In this document: positions 24,345 to 37,824 of the stretch, piece after piece
How the letters are laid out: every line of letters begins with the position of its first letter
Numbering within the stretch: the first letter of the stretch is position 1
Made by a program: the position numbers and the translations under genes
NCBI RefSeq assembly: GCF_036321535.1
Contig: NC_087472.1
Location: forward strand, 95,172,001 to 95,236,000
Origin: Camelus dromedarius
Lineage: Eukaryota
Direction: 5' to 3'
Length of the DNA: 64,000 nucleotides
The notes under the pieces: model-generated
Databases searched by the model: none
The model's input: only the letters and a program-made list of their open reading frames with translations
What the model was told of the DNA's origin: nothing

Positions 24345-25960
24345 TTATTTTTCATTTATTCAGCAGTATTTGCTGAATGCTTATTATATGTCAGGGACTC
24401 ACTGGACTCCATATAGAAGAGTGAATCGGAATGATTTAGTCCCTGTCCTCCTAGAGTTTACGTTCTAGTGGGAATGACAGAAAAATAAATATGCAGTGTG
24501 TCAAATGTGATAAACGCTAGGGAGAATAGAAATGAGGATGCGTTGCCTAGAGAATGCTAGTGAAGAAGACTGTTACATCATAGAAAGTGATGGGCAAACC
24601 TGTCATGGATGAGGTGAGGTGAGCAGTGACCTGCAGGAATGAGCAGAAAGCCAAGTGGATAGCTGGGTGTTTCAGGCATAGGGAAACCAGGTATAAAACC
24701 CCTGCATGATGTGTTCAGATGAGACCAATGAGGGGAGAAGTGGAGGCAGCAAGGTTGGCAGTAATAGGACAGTAACAGACAGCAGAAGACTAGATCAAGA
24801 GCAAGCTTTAGGTCGCTGTAAGAGATTTGTATTTAGCTCTGAATGAGATGGAAAAGCCACTGGAGGATAGAATGTGTGACATAACTGAAAAGGACTGACA
24901 TGTTTTAAAAAATATTACTCTGGCCTCTAGAGTCATACACAAGTCACATGTGGATGGGGGCGCTTAGCAGGGAGACCGTTTCTGAACATGTAATAAGCGC
25001 TGTGAGAGCCGGTGATGACTGGACTAGGGTGGCAGCAGCCTAAGTGGTGGGAAAAGGTTGAATTCTGGACATATTTTAAAAATAGAACCAACAGTGTTAG
25101 CTGTGGAGTTAGGAGAGAAAGGGGGAAAATCAAAAAGAGCTCTAAAGTTTGGGGCCAAAGCAACTCAACTTGACACTGGGAAGAGCACGTTTTGGCAGAG
25201 GGGGGAGTTGTCAGAGGATGATGGAAGAGTGGTTTGGAAGCATTAGTGAGCAATAAGGAGTGTGTGTGTCTCTGGGACCATCATACAAGCAGTTGTGAAA
25301 TAACAGTGGTAAGGAAGGAAGCTGCAAAAAGCATTATTTTATTCTTTTGGAATCTTAAAAAAAGAAAAAAGACACTAATGAATTTATCTACAAAACAGAA
25401 ACAGACTCACATAGTAAACAAACTTACGGTTACTGGGAAGAAAGTGGGTGGGAAGGGATAAATTGGGAGTTCGGGGTTTGCAAATATTAACTACTATATA
25501 TAAAATAGATAAAAAATTTCTTCTGTATAGCACAGGGAACTATATTTAATATCTTGTAGTAACTTATAATGAAAAAGAATATGAGAAAGAATATATGTAT
25601 GACTGAAACGTTATGCTGTACACCAGAAGTTGACAAACTAACTGACCATACTTCAATTAAAAAAGTAAATAAATAAAAGTAAAAAAAACAAAAAACAAGG
25701 AAGCTGCAGAGGAAGTGTGTTCTCAGGGGAAGGTCAGGTTTGCAATAGGGTAAGAAGATGAAAGGAAATTTTTTAAAAGAGAATCAGGACATACAGAGTT
25801 GAGACTTACAGGGTTTTTCTGATGCAGAAGTAACATGAGCTCCAGAGAGCAGTGGAAGGGATTAGGGGAGGTGGGCTTTGGGATATGGGGGTAGTTCAGG
25901 GAACGTACAGTGTCATGTGTGGATGAGAGTCAGGGTGATGAGGGATAGCCTTGCTTCTTG
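24345..25960 (-). mobile_element. LINE-2, interrupted by an L1 3' end
   Basis: TTCATTTATTCAGCAGTATTTGCTGAATGCTTATTATATGTCAGG tail, plus GAATTCTGGACATATTTTAAAAATAGAACCAACAG. Confidence 0.8.
25327..25696 (+). mobile_element. Young LINE-1 3' end with a tiny 5' inversion and a perfect 12-bp TSD
   Basis: TSD AAGGAAGCTGCA at 25315-25326 and 25697-25708. The 3'UTR closely matches 38130-38470. Confidence 0.92.
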
Positions 25961-27919
25961 AGTCACCGATAGAAAATAAAGGGCATTATATAGAAATTCC
26001 TAATAATCTAATATTTTGGTAATTGATACATGTCACTCAACTGAAATACAGTATCATGGATTTTGGAATATAAATTCCCAAAGAACACTTGAGGAACCAT
26101 ATGAAGAAGTCGAATGCTTAGGGTAAGAATAACAAAACACAGACCCTCACCTTCGATGAAATCATAATTTAGTTGAATATTTAAGCCAAATATATGAGAA
26201 TTTCTACAATCCATTATTTTATAAACATGAAAAATAATAAGATGTTTCTACGGCTATATTTAAACAAGTACCACACGGGTGGTATATTTCAAAGCCTCAT
26301 GTTCAGAGGAACTGTGGTCTGGGTCGCCTGAAGTGGTGTCTTGAAAATAGGAATAAGCAGTGAGAAGGAGGAGAACGAATACCCAGCAGGGAGAAAGATA
26401 CGAACTTAAGGAACTGTAGATAATTCTTCTATCTAAAGCATCAATTCTACATAAATATCGAAATATTTGATTAGTACGATTATGAACTCTTGGATGATTA
26501 TATTTCTCTTCAAGTGTATTAACCAGCTTGTCTCTACTAACAGAGCCATACATTTTTATTTTTAATTATGCCACTGACATAAAAAAAAAAATCAGAAAGC
26601 AAAGAGAGCAGATGTGTATTCCACGGGATTTAAAGATTAGTCTACCCTCCATTGCACCCACTTAGTTTCAGGCAGGAAGAAACACTTGCTAATGAGTCAG
26701 ATGATTACCAGCATTGAGTTTATTTAGAGGAATTCCATGTGTGAGGGTGGGCTTGGAGTGAGTACACCCAGAAAAGAAACGTGAATGCCACCCTTTCAAC
26801 ATTATTAAAGATATGCTGACACGGCTTTGCACCACTGAAGTTTATCGATTGTTACTGTTCTAAACTACAGCTTGATAATCTAGATGCTCTCCTAACAGGG
26901 ACTCATCTTATAGGTGTTGTTTGGCTGCCCACACGGCAGAGTAGGTCTAGACTATAAAAAGCTGAAACTGAGATCATGCCAGGCACTTGGAAAGTCTATG
27001 ACAAGAATTCTACTGCCATCAAGAGCATCTTTCCTTCATAGCAGGTCAAATGCGACTCTAATTTAGTTTGTGAAATGCTAAATCTTTGTTGGAGAAACAA
27101 CCATACCAGCTTCCCCAGAGCACTAGGAGATAGTCTCTCTTCACCAAGTTGCAAATTTATTCCACAGTAATTACTTGATTTGAGACATAAACTGAACAAT
27201 CCACTGCAACAATGGATGCTGTAAAGCACTAACTGGCTGTAAGTGTTAAGAGGATACACACATACTAATCATCTGCCGCAAAAATAAAGAAAATCTCCTT
27301 CTTTTGTTTTCAAATTGTAATGTTTGCTTAACTATTTTGTTTCAGTGAAACATTTCATACAAGTCAATGTGTCTGTCTGCACAACATGCTTTTTTTTGAC
27401 TGAATTAAAAAAAAACACTATCTTAAAATGCTGTTTTAATTTGTTTTTCTGCAAGTGGTTGTCTTGTCCCTCTTTAGGAAACCTGCTGATTTCAAAACAT
27501 CTTTGAGATACCTGATAATCTGAAAGGGATTTCAGGGTTCCATTTCTGCCGGTATTTAATTGTAGCCAATCTTAGGTAATATTCACTCTTGTACAGTCAC
27601 AGGGAAAAAAATCATTAACTTTCCCAGAGTGAATCCAACAGATCTCCAAATAAAAGCTCTACTGGGGCACCATCTCCTTAAAGATTATAGCATCACAGAG
27701 CTCAAAGTAAAGTTACTTCATGGTTTATACCATCACTAGGTGATTCTGAGCATAATCACAGATGTTGACATTTGTCTGAGGATATAGGCTATTTAAAATT
27801 TCTTGGGTTAGTGACTGTGTCTCTCTCATAATTGTGCTAAGAGTCAAATCTACTAACAAGCAAGAGTTACCTCTAGGATTTTTGTTGCCAAAACCTATAA
27901 ATAAGCTATGTGCTCTAAT

Positions 27920-28110
27920 GGAAAGAGGATTGACACTGGAATCCAGACACCTGGGTTTGAATCCTGTTTGTCTTTGGGAAAGCTAACTCATCTCTCTGAT
28001 TCTCTTTTCTCTTCTTTTTGTGATCTTGACATCAGTGATCTTCTATTTTATAGTTGCTGAAAAAATTAAATAATTGCTTGTTACATATGTAATACTTAGT
28101 GACTGAACCT
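27920..28110 (+). mobile_element. MIR SINE fragment
   Basis: GGAATCCAGACACCTGGGTTTGAATCCTG...AACTCATCTCTCTGATTCTC. Confidence 0.6.
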
Positions 28111-28389
28111 AGTGACTGAAGCTAATTAACCACCAGTTTGGGCTCTAACCCCACCAAAATTATTTAAATCTCTCACATGGTTACAAGAGACAAGGGAAGG
28201 GAAATATTTAATATTAGGTAATATCCAGTATCTGGGAAAATAATTATTTTCACAGGCACAGAATCAATATTCTATGCTCTCCATCCTCAAGTCTTGCACA
28301 TAACACCATGGCCTCCACACCATAGGACGAAATGCCACTCCCATTTAAAGGCAACACCATTATCTTTAAAAGATTGCTGAAATTAAGGT

Positions 28390-29200
28390 TTGGATGGGGG
28401 GAAGACAGATTTCGAGGCAAAGATCTAAAACTGGGTAGCATGAAAGTCGAGATAAGACTGGGAACAAAGAACATTAGGACTAACCAATGATTGTAGGGTT
28501 CTGTCTCTGGCAATTTGCAGAGCCTCTGGAAGAGGCAAAGTTAGGAGACAGTAGATATTGGTAGCTGGGGCTCAGGAATGCATTCTGGATTTGATGATTC
28601 ATTAGGAATTCAACAGCACTCAGGAACGAGTTAAAGCCATGTGTGTGGGGGAGATTACCCTGGAAGAATACAGAGAATGAATATAGAGGACTTAGGCAGT
28701 CTCTACGAGATAGAACTCTACCTTAGGGACTCTTAAAATTAAGCACAGTCAGAGGAAGAGAAACATTGGGAAATAAAATCATTGGCAGATAGATATAAAG
28801 GAAACAAATATGAATAGATAGTCTCACCGAAACCTGAGACAGAAACATTTTTAAGAGGAAATAAGAAAAGCGTGGTCACTGGGTTAAGTGTTGTGAGACA
28901 TTTTTCTAAGAAAGGTGAGAACAAAAGCCACCTTCCTTTCACAGAGGGACAAATTAGTAACTGAGAAATTGCCAAGACAACCAATACAACCTATTTCATA
29001 GGAAGCCTGGTTGAGAAGGAGAGAGAGAAGGTAGGCACTGGTTATTATGGGACATGGGCTCTAGATTTAATAGTTTCTGAGTATGTTTTAAGCAGAAGAA
29101 ACATTTAGTATAAAGAAAGAAACTAGACAAGGGAGAGGACAGCAGATCTGAGAAGGGAATGGAGATGGTTCCTTAGGAGAAGGAATGGATTGAAATCTAA
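28390..29200 (-). mobile_element. LINE-2 fragment, highly diverged
   Basis: Antisense L2-like purine-rich motifs such as GTTAAAGCCATGTGTGTGGGGGAGATTACCCTGGAAG. Confidence 0.5.
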
Positions 29201-31541
29201 TACTTACTGTTGTTTCCCTTGACCCCCAAGTGGGAACAAAGATGATCCCTCATTAATGCAGATTTTTTAAACTGTCAGAGAGACACAACATAGCAGCCTC
29301 TGGTCATCTGCTAGATGTCACAGTCTGCTAAGGAGAGATCAGACAATGAATTCATGACTTGCAGTGCTCATAATTCTATTACTCTGCCTGTTGAAGAGAC
29401 AGCATGCAAATGTGCTGAATTCCATCCACTAGAAAACTGAGGGTAAAGCAGAAGAGCTAGCACTCTGGGAGAAAGGGATTGGATCAGATGAGAATTTCCA
29501 ACTGAAATTAAGGGAACGTATTGAACCCGAAATGGGCTCTATAACTCCAAGAAAACAGTTTCTGGAAAATTCAGGGTAAAAGCCACTGCGACACGTTGGC
29601 TGGAATTACAAACATAAGGTACATACTAAGGGATAAAAGGTATCTGAGAAAGTAAAAGCTCAAAATCTGTTCAACACTAGGGGCAAGAAAGAGGACTCTG
29701 AATCCGGAACAGATCTTGGTGTCTGCAAGCAGGTGGTTTTATCTGAGAATGCAGAACCTCTTAACATGTATTTTGACTGACTCTTTGCCATCAAGGCCCA
29801 AGATCTTCAAACTAAAAAGAATAAAACAAACACGGTCCAGAGATATTTGAAGTCCAGGAGAGGTGACAAGATAAGAGAGAAAAAGTTCAAGTTGCAAAGG
29901 ATACATAAACAAGTCCCAGAGCACAGAAAGAACTAGCAAACCCAGCAGCTGCAATTTTTGAGACTCTGTTTTTTAATAGAAAAATAGGAAAGGTGCCATG
30001 AAACATAAGAAAAAGAAAAGCACCAAATTTCTGGGAAAAAGAGAGATCATAGAATCTAGGAACCATAAGGCCAAAGGCAAAAATACTAGGATATGTCATT
30101 ATATAGATATCTAGCTAATTTGTATGTATGAGAGATCAAAACAGGGGAAAGCGGGCATACACGGCTTGTGGAGACATCCACAAAGGTTCTTTAGAAGAGA
30201 TGGCTTTTGAAGATTGGGGACACTTTAACAGATGGAAAGGAGGAGGGAGTGGGACAGCCGGTAGGGCACGTCACACAAACGAGAGTAGCGTTGCAGAGAA
30301 AGAAGCACTTGTTATGTTTGGAAAAAATAAATGGTATAAATACGGTAGAAGAGAAAGTAAATCTGGAGCTAAAAAATAGTGTGTCTATTATGCTTTTCCT
30401 GCTAACAACAGTATTAGCAAATGGTAGGTGAACTTGAATGCTAAGGTAAGCCGCCCACATGTGGTGACTTTTCGTATTTCATATTGACTTTTGTTTTTTA
30501 TATAAAGACAGCATTGGTAATTTTTTTTTAAAAGTCTGTTGCTTCTACTTTAAAGTCACAACCAATCCAAGAGGGAAGAAGCTATGCCATGATTAAGACT
30601 GTGTGTGAGTGTGTGCAAATTCTAACATTTTTATGGATCCTTTTATTTCAAGGAAGCTTCATACCTCTTCACTTTATCTGACCCTCCAAGTTGGTGATCA
30701 AAACTTTTCAAGCTCTTTAAAGGTTTTCTGTACTCATTTCTTAATATGCTGTGGGTCTTCTGTGATATACCCCTCCATAGTGTAGATGTTCTGATAAGGG
30801 TTTTGTTCTCTCTTAGAAGATGTCAGCCTGGCAGGCAGAGATGTGGATAATGTGACAGGGATCTATGGTGTTTGGAGTTCACGTGACCTAATTCTCAATT
30901 TTTAATGGTGTCCATGTGTTTGCTATAAATAAAAAATTCACTAAAAGTCTCAGTATTTCAAAGATGGTCACCCATCAATGCTAATTTCCTTATTGTCAAG
31001 GTGCTGTCACTTGCCAGCCTTTTGAAGACCAAATGCAGAAGGCAGGGTGGCCATTTTATTTGTGTAAATCAACTCACTCCATTGCCTTAAGGTTTCATAG
31101 CAAAGCAATGTATTTTTCTGGGTAGCTGTTAAAAATACTAGTACATTCCAATGACAATATTCTAGCTGATGTCCTAGTAGATATTTCACCTGTGCCAGCA
31201 ATAAATTCAGCAATGACAGCGGTAGTAGAGATGGAAAACGCAGCCAAGCTGCACACTGACCTCCAATTTTAAAGCATACATATACATAAGTTGGATTTGG
31301 GATACTAGCAAAGGATGCATGTTAAAGACTGACATAAACATGGATGAACGATATCTGATTTAGATACAAAAGACTGTGTCTGGGGTTGAACTTGGGATCC
31401 CTAAGTTTGAATCAGATTCTACCTTCAGGTTAATCATCTGTAAAACAGGAGTAACTTCCATGATTGGGATAGTATCAGACAGAATTTTCATAGAATGTAG
31501 AAATGCCTAGCACATAGAAGGTGAGCATTAAGAAAAAACTC

Positions 31542-31664
31542 TTTTTTTTTCTGGTGGGGGGGGAGTTAATTAGGTTTTATTTTTAGAGGAGGTACTGGGG
31601 ATTGAACCCAGGACCTCAGGCATGCTAAGCATGTACTCTATCACTTGAGCTATACCCTCCCACC
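31542..31664 (-). mobile_element. tRNA-derived SINE (camelid Vic-1-like), full length
   Basis: Reverse complement GGGAGGGTATAGCTCAAGTGATAGAGTACATGCTTAGCATGCCTGAGGTCCTGGGTTCAATCCCCAGTACCTCC. TSD AAAACTC at 31535 and 31665. Confidence 0.9.
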
Positions 31665-34491
31665 AAAACTCGAATTTTATGTAACATTTGTATTTTCTTC
31701 TGTTAATAAGGATATTTCTTGATCCACTTTTGTCACAGGCCTATTGTCTAAGTGATCATTTAAAATATTTGAAGTTTTTAGAAAACATATTCAATATAAG
31801 CTTCAAGTCTGTTAATACCATTTTGTTATGAAATACTGATTTTTCTCCAGCAAATACCATTGATTATCTCCCAAGGGCTTCTGTTCTGTCTTCAATACAG
31901 CCCATTTCTCCACAAGTAACTCAGCCTCTGCTTGCAGGAAATTTTTCACCTCATCAAGTATTGACATAGAAAATGTATTCCTGTCCTAACCCAAGCAATA
32001 AACAGCTGACACAAAGAGGTTCAATATTTGTGCATCAAGTGTTATACAGATCATTTGTGATGACACAAAAGTGTAGTTTTCATCTTTCTGAAAGCATTTC
32101 CTTGGCTTTCTGCTGAAAGAGGGGAAAAATCTGCCATCACTCCTTTCTATTTAGACACCTGAATTTCATTGAGAAGGAGACCTGGTGACAGAGTGACATG
32201 ATTATATGCTGCCTAGTGCCTTGCTGAGCTGGGCGGGGGGGTGCCAAGGCAGGTGGAGCTTGGGGAGTATGCGAGAAACGAGGTATGAGTTCACGCGTGT
32301 GCTGTTTGTTTATTCTCCTAATCAAACTGATTGTACTTAGTTAGAAAAGACACATTGCTTTTGTATGCATCTTTTACACAGCCATATTTTAACCCCCAAT
32401 TAACTGAAGTCTCCTTGGTTTTCCCTAACGCTCAGCCAGCTGGCTTTGGAGCCTAACACAGGCCTAATGCCAAACCCTTGAGTATCTGGCACCTACAAGT
32501 ATAATGACCTGCCTGTGGCCACAGGTCACCTACATCCACCAGGCAGGAGTGACAATCTGATTTTTATATCTCTTGTCATTACATGAAGCAGACTCACAGC
32601 ACTCATGGCATCCATTTCCTATCACTTCCAGTGAAAGAACTGGTGACTTTTTTTTTTTTTTTAACCATGTCAGTTTCTTTGCCAATAAAAACAGGTTTTC
32701 GTAAAGCCACCAGTAACCTCAAGGCACCTGTATGGACAGATTCTTTCAAAAGACATACATAATTTCTTCTCAAGCTGTTGAATGAGTGCAGCCTTAGGCC
32801 AGAGGAAACTTGGAATGCAAGCCAAGTGACAAAGACAGACCAGGGCAGAACCCTCAGCTGTAGCAAGCTCATTTTACAACACAGAGGTCCACAGCACAGC
32901 TGCAGTTTTGACTGGTTCATAAGTATCTCCTCATCCCCTGTATATGCCCCCAGTTTTCCTTAAGAAATCGATAAAAGGGGGAATGCCCATCCCACCAAAA
33001 TGCCCTCAGTATGGAAGACATGGACAGCAAAATACAGTCATCTCTCAGTAACAACCACCACTGTGCTACTTTTAGCATCTTTGGAAGCCAGCAGCTAGTC
33101 CCACTCACAACTCCCACATGCAGACCCAGGCTCCAACCTACACAGTAAAATCGAGAAGATTTTTATTCCTGGCTGATCATTTTAACATTTCTAAAGTCTT
33201 TTGAAGAATATCAAAAAGTTAAATAAGTAACATTTTCATTAATGTCCTTGATCTCCTACAACTCTAAACACAGACACTGAATAAATCAAACCCTGAAGTC
33301 CTTTAGCGCTAAAGTAGTGTTACTTGAAATATTTTACTCTTCTTTGAAAATGGAAATATTCCTTCCAAAGACACAGAGATCTAAACTGGTAAGGGATATC
33401 ATACCTGAGAGAGAGAGGAGAGAGATTTGCTATTTCCTCAGGGGAATACATTTGAATTTTTTTCTCCAGTCTAAAGAAAAATGTTAAGTTTCATGTTGGT
33501 TTGGGTTTTGTTTTTCTTTTCAGTGGTTATTAATCTCTGTTTAGGAATAAGAAAGTTCAACATTATATACTTATTCTGCTTCCCCCCAATACAATAGGCC
33601 TTAAAGCAAGTTCATAATTGAAAGGGTGTCAGTCCCAGCCTAAGAGAGTCATTCTATGTTTAACACATGGAAAAACTCTGGTATGAAGGCAGGCAAGTGT
33701 CTTTTCTCTCCAGTGGAACTGGTGAGGGGTGTGCAGTTCATGTTTCTGCTTCTTTATGTGTTCACTCTCTTATATATTGTGGAGCTTAGCTCCCTGGAGA
33801 TAACTGTGACACAACTCAGGCCCTGCAAAGAGTGACCCAGTACCTTGGGAATCGGCATCAGGCCAGGCTGACAGATGGATATCAGTTTGACAAGAAATAT
33901 GCTAAGCTGTGTTAGGTTAAAGCATTACCAGCCAAATTCTTCTTTGAAACCACTCAAAGGGAAGTCTCTGAATACGTGCGTGCTTTTATACGTAAAGAAA
34001 GAGATTTTCCAATTAGACTACTGCAGTGTTATCTTAAACAGATGACTTAGACGTAAATTGAGTTGCCCCTGTTTGTTGATTTACTTGTTTCTTGTATTCT
34101 GACTTTATGCGGTTACCCATATGCAACACGAAATGATTTTTATATTCCTGAAATTCATGGAAGGCACTCAGAAACTGCATCCAAAAGGCTTCTGTCCTTC
34201 CTTGCAAGCCTCCAGCCAAAGCAGGAAAATAATTGTTCAGGATTGTTTTTTTTAGATGCTGAAGCTTGCTAAGGACTTGCTCAATGTATTTTTACCCCAT
34301 CTTATACTTGATTAAATCGACTATACAAACTAAGTGAAGATGAAATATCACCTTCTTTGATTATCACTAAATAGTTCACAAATTAACACTAAACTGCAAA
34401 TGAGGGAATAATGTGTCTTTCTGAGAAAACCAGATGCTTTCTGTTCTAAAGTACGTGCGATAACGGGGTGGAACAGTTAATGTACAATGCA

Positions 34492-34504
34492 TGCCATCTG
34501 CTGA
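34492..34504 (-). promoter_or_regulatory. Candidate CTCF site
   Basis: Minus strand TCAGCAGATGGCA matches the core consensus CCASYAGRKGGCR at 12 of 13 positions. It lies in repeat-poor DNA. Confidence 0.45.
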
Positions 34505-35499
34505 CTAATACAGAGTATTTACAAGGGTAAATTCTTCCAATAACTGTGTTTGGTGAATGATTATCTGACTGAATACAACTGCATTTGAACCACAAATTGG
34601 ATCTTGGCAATTTTTTAAAACTTTATTAGCCCTGATTTGGCATTTCCTCTAATTAGAAAAAAGAATAATAAAAGGCAGATGCTCTGAGGTTACATATGAT
34701 GGTAAGTTTTCAAATGTCTCTCAGATATGCAGTAAATAATGAATACATCTGAATGTGTCTCCTTTTATCCATGTCAATTAAAGGAATAAAATATATTTCT
34801 TAAGACCCCATAGTGAGAGCCATCAATCTGAGCTTCCCCTATTCCTGATGTATGCTTCGTGCTACTTTACAAATCAGTTTGAATTAGATGTAAACACCAT
34901 AATTGGAGAAGTGTAATTTGTTGTATCTTTGTTTAGTAGACATAGCAAGTAACACAGATAACTTTTAGATACTGTGTACAATTTATATTCGGTAGTTCCC
35001 AAGAATGATAAAGATTACCTATCTCTGTTTTGTTAATTTAATAGTTCAGTCGGTACGGAACTGAAATGTGTTAAAATGTAAATCCATTCGCAGGTAGTAA
35101 TTTCATGGACAGAATAATTTCTATCCTTAGAAATAAACAGAATAATAGAAATTAAGTTTATTTTTTTCTAACCTAAAATTTCACCTGTAATGATAGCCTC
35201 TGATTTACTGCCACAGGTAATTCACACTTTAATTTTCTAAGTTCAAATATCATTTTCAATGTCATGGAAACTTTATCACAAACTTCATTTGGTTAGCACA
35301 TATGTTAATAGATTCCATTATTACCGCCTCTGTTTAGATTTTTTTTCGCCCCGTTGTAGTTGTGAATATTCCTCTTTCAAGACCCATGGGGAAAGAAGTA
35401 TGCAGCAGGCAGAAACGGATACTAATCTGAATCTGGAAAGAAGGGAATCTCACTTTATAAACAATTAAACACCTTTTCACTTTAGGGCACTTTTCAGTC

Positions 35500-37824
35500 T
35501 GCACAATGCAAAATAGTTTTACTGGCTTGAGGAGTCAGAAGATAAAGTTTTAGGCTACCTGAGTGGCTGGAAGTGAAAGATGGGATTTCCAGAAAAAAAG
35601 CAAAGAGAAAGGAGTTCCAAAATCTGCATAGAAACTCCATTCAAATACTTGGCTGACCTTCAGACTATGCATGTGCACAGGAGACTCCAGGAGCAACATA
35701 TGGAAGGCTAACATAATTGAACAGAGATTTCAGCTGCTGCCCATTTCAGGGAAGACAGAGTTTGAGTCCTTAACAAAGCTAACTGCCTGCTACAAGAAAA
35801 TAAAACAACACTGTTCAGGGAAAGAAAACAGAAATATGTTCACATACTTGAAAAAAAAAACACCAGTGATCATAATGAGTCACAATGGTCATAATGAGTA
35901 GTATCAGGAGAAAATTTGAAGTTTTTTTTTAAAGGGCCACATATAAAGTCTGGAAGTGAACAGAATGATCTAAAATGAAGCATTCAGTGGATGGGCTTAA
36001 TAGAAGACTGGGAAAGAACATAAAGGTTTTAGCAAACTAGATCAATAGCAATTACTGAATAAGGCAAACAGGAAGAAAATATATTGAAAAACCAAAATAG
36101 AGCCTCAGTGATTTGTGGGAGAATATTAAGTGGTCTAAGTTATGTGTAATTGGTGTCTTAGAAAATTTTAAAGCAGACGGGAAAAAAAGCCAAAACATAC
36201 AGAGAAATAATTAATATTGTTACGTAGGTAAAGTGGGGGCACCAGGCAGATAAGGTGGAGGAGAGGGAGGATGGTCTGGAAGATGGCGTTATGCCTGCCT
36301 TCAGCATAAAGGGGCTTTACTTCCTCTAAATGAGTGCCAGCAAGAAACTGGTTGGAACCCGATGGCCACGTCTGCACGGTAGTAACAAGGACCTAACCAG
36401 ACACGACCCAATGCTTATTGTAATATAATTAGCATTGCAATTTAGCCCCCCCACCATGGGTTTTTCCTTGTGCATGCACAAAAGGGGAGGAGCATGACTA
36501 AGCACTCCGGGGCAAGAGCCACCTCTAAGCGAGGGTGTAAGAGAAGAGACAAAGACCACTGCTATCCTCCCTTAGATCAGCCCACCTTCCACTCTTGGAG
36601 GTGTACTTCTGCTTTGATAATAAAATCTTTAAAATCTTTCACTACACAACACTTTCATCTCCTGTCTGAATTCTCTTTCGGGCAAGACAAGAACCCAACA
36701 GAGGCTTTTTTCCCTTTCTGGGGTGAAATATGAATGATAACTAAGTTCTCATCAAAGGATGCTAGATGTCATATTTAAATTGCTGAAAGCAAAAGAGATC
36801 TTTTACCCCCAAATTTTATATTCAGTGACAATACCCTTTAAAATGATGCTGAAATATAGGCATTCTTTTAAAAAATGACCTGAATTAGGGGAAAAAAATG
36901 CTTAAACTTCAACCTAAAGGGAAATTTTACCATAAAAACCAGATATTAAGGATGAAATGAAGAGCATCAGAGAAGGTTAATATCTGGGTAAATGTAAAGG
37001 GCAACTTTTTACTACCATACATTTATTTCCTTAAGTTTATTTAATAGACCTATGGCTGCTTACTGATATTAAATCAAAATTTAAAAATTAATTGTGAGTT
37101 TCATTGGAATGCCATAGAAAAATGTGTCAAGAAAAACAAAATCAGCAGTAGGTACAAATGGAGTTACAGAAGCGTAAGGTCCTTATATGTCTTGTGTAGT
37201 AATAAAAATTTATTTGAATTTTGCCTGTGATAACTTAAAGATGTATATTGTCATCTCAAGATCAACCAGTAAAACAGCAAATGAAATACAGTATAACTCA
37301 ATATCTAAATGTTGGACATAGCTAACATGTCAATCCTGGAAGCAAAATGAAATCAAGGCTATCTACCCTATGAAGTAAAGAAAGGGGAAAATAAATACAA
37401 GCATGGAAAAATGATATATTATGAATACACTGGTCTTAAGAAACCTGGTATGGCTCTATTACTGTAAGACAAGATAGACTTAAAGAGAACTGAAAAATAC
37501 TTGGAATATTTATATAACAAAATCAACCAACTTGACTTAGGCAGAATATATGGAACATTATACCCACAAACTGTAGACTACATGGTCATTTAAGAGGACA
37601 TGGAATGGAACATTGATCAAGACAGATCACACTTCCACTTTCAAAAGACAGAAATCTTAGCAAGTATGTGCTCTGACTGCAATGGAATGAAACTAGAAAT
37701 CAATAAAAAAATAATGTATCTAGTTAAGTCAAATATTTGGAGATTATCAACTTACTTCTATATATCTATGTGTCAAAGAACTGAATATAATTTTTCTTCA
37801 GGGAAATTCAAATAAAAAACATAA
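35500..37824 (+). mobile_element. Old LINE-1 5'/ORF1/ORF2-start fragments, interrupted by an LTR
   Basis: ORF1-like GATGGGCTTAATAGAAGACTGG...CAGTGATTTGTGGGAGAATATTAAG and ORF2 endonuclease-like CTCTGACTGCAATGGAATGAAACTAGAAATCAATAA. Confidence 0.75.
36218..36727 (+). mobile_element. ERV1-class solo LTR
   Basis: GC-richer block starting TGTTA, with AATAAA at ~36619 and U5-like TGAATTCTCTTTCGGGCAAGACAAGAACCC. ATAT flanks both sides (36214 and 36728) as a putative 4-bp TSD. Confidence 0.7.

Noticed and set aside
26052..26553. Exon-like segments (plus: YHGFWNINSQRTLEEPYEEVECL with a GTAAGA donor; minus: DTTSGDPDHSSSEHEALKYTTRV)
   Set aside because: Each has only one convincing splice site and no recognisable homology, so neither can be supported.
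28097..28120. Direct repeat TAGTGACTGAA x2
   Set aside because: A simple local tandem duplication at the end of a MIR, with no array structure.
29280..30060. Possible ancient L1 5' region
   Set aside because: Too diverged to assign by eye.
31590..31662. tRNA-like sequence with A and B boxes
   Set aside because: It has an A/T-rich tail, a TSD and two sibling copies, so it is a SINE rather than a tRNA gene.
35200..35225. CAG|GTAATT recursive-splice-like motif
   Set aside because: Weak pyrimidine tract and no established host intron.
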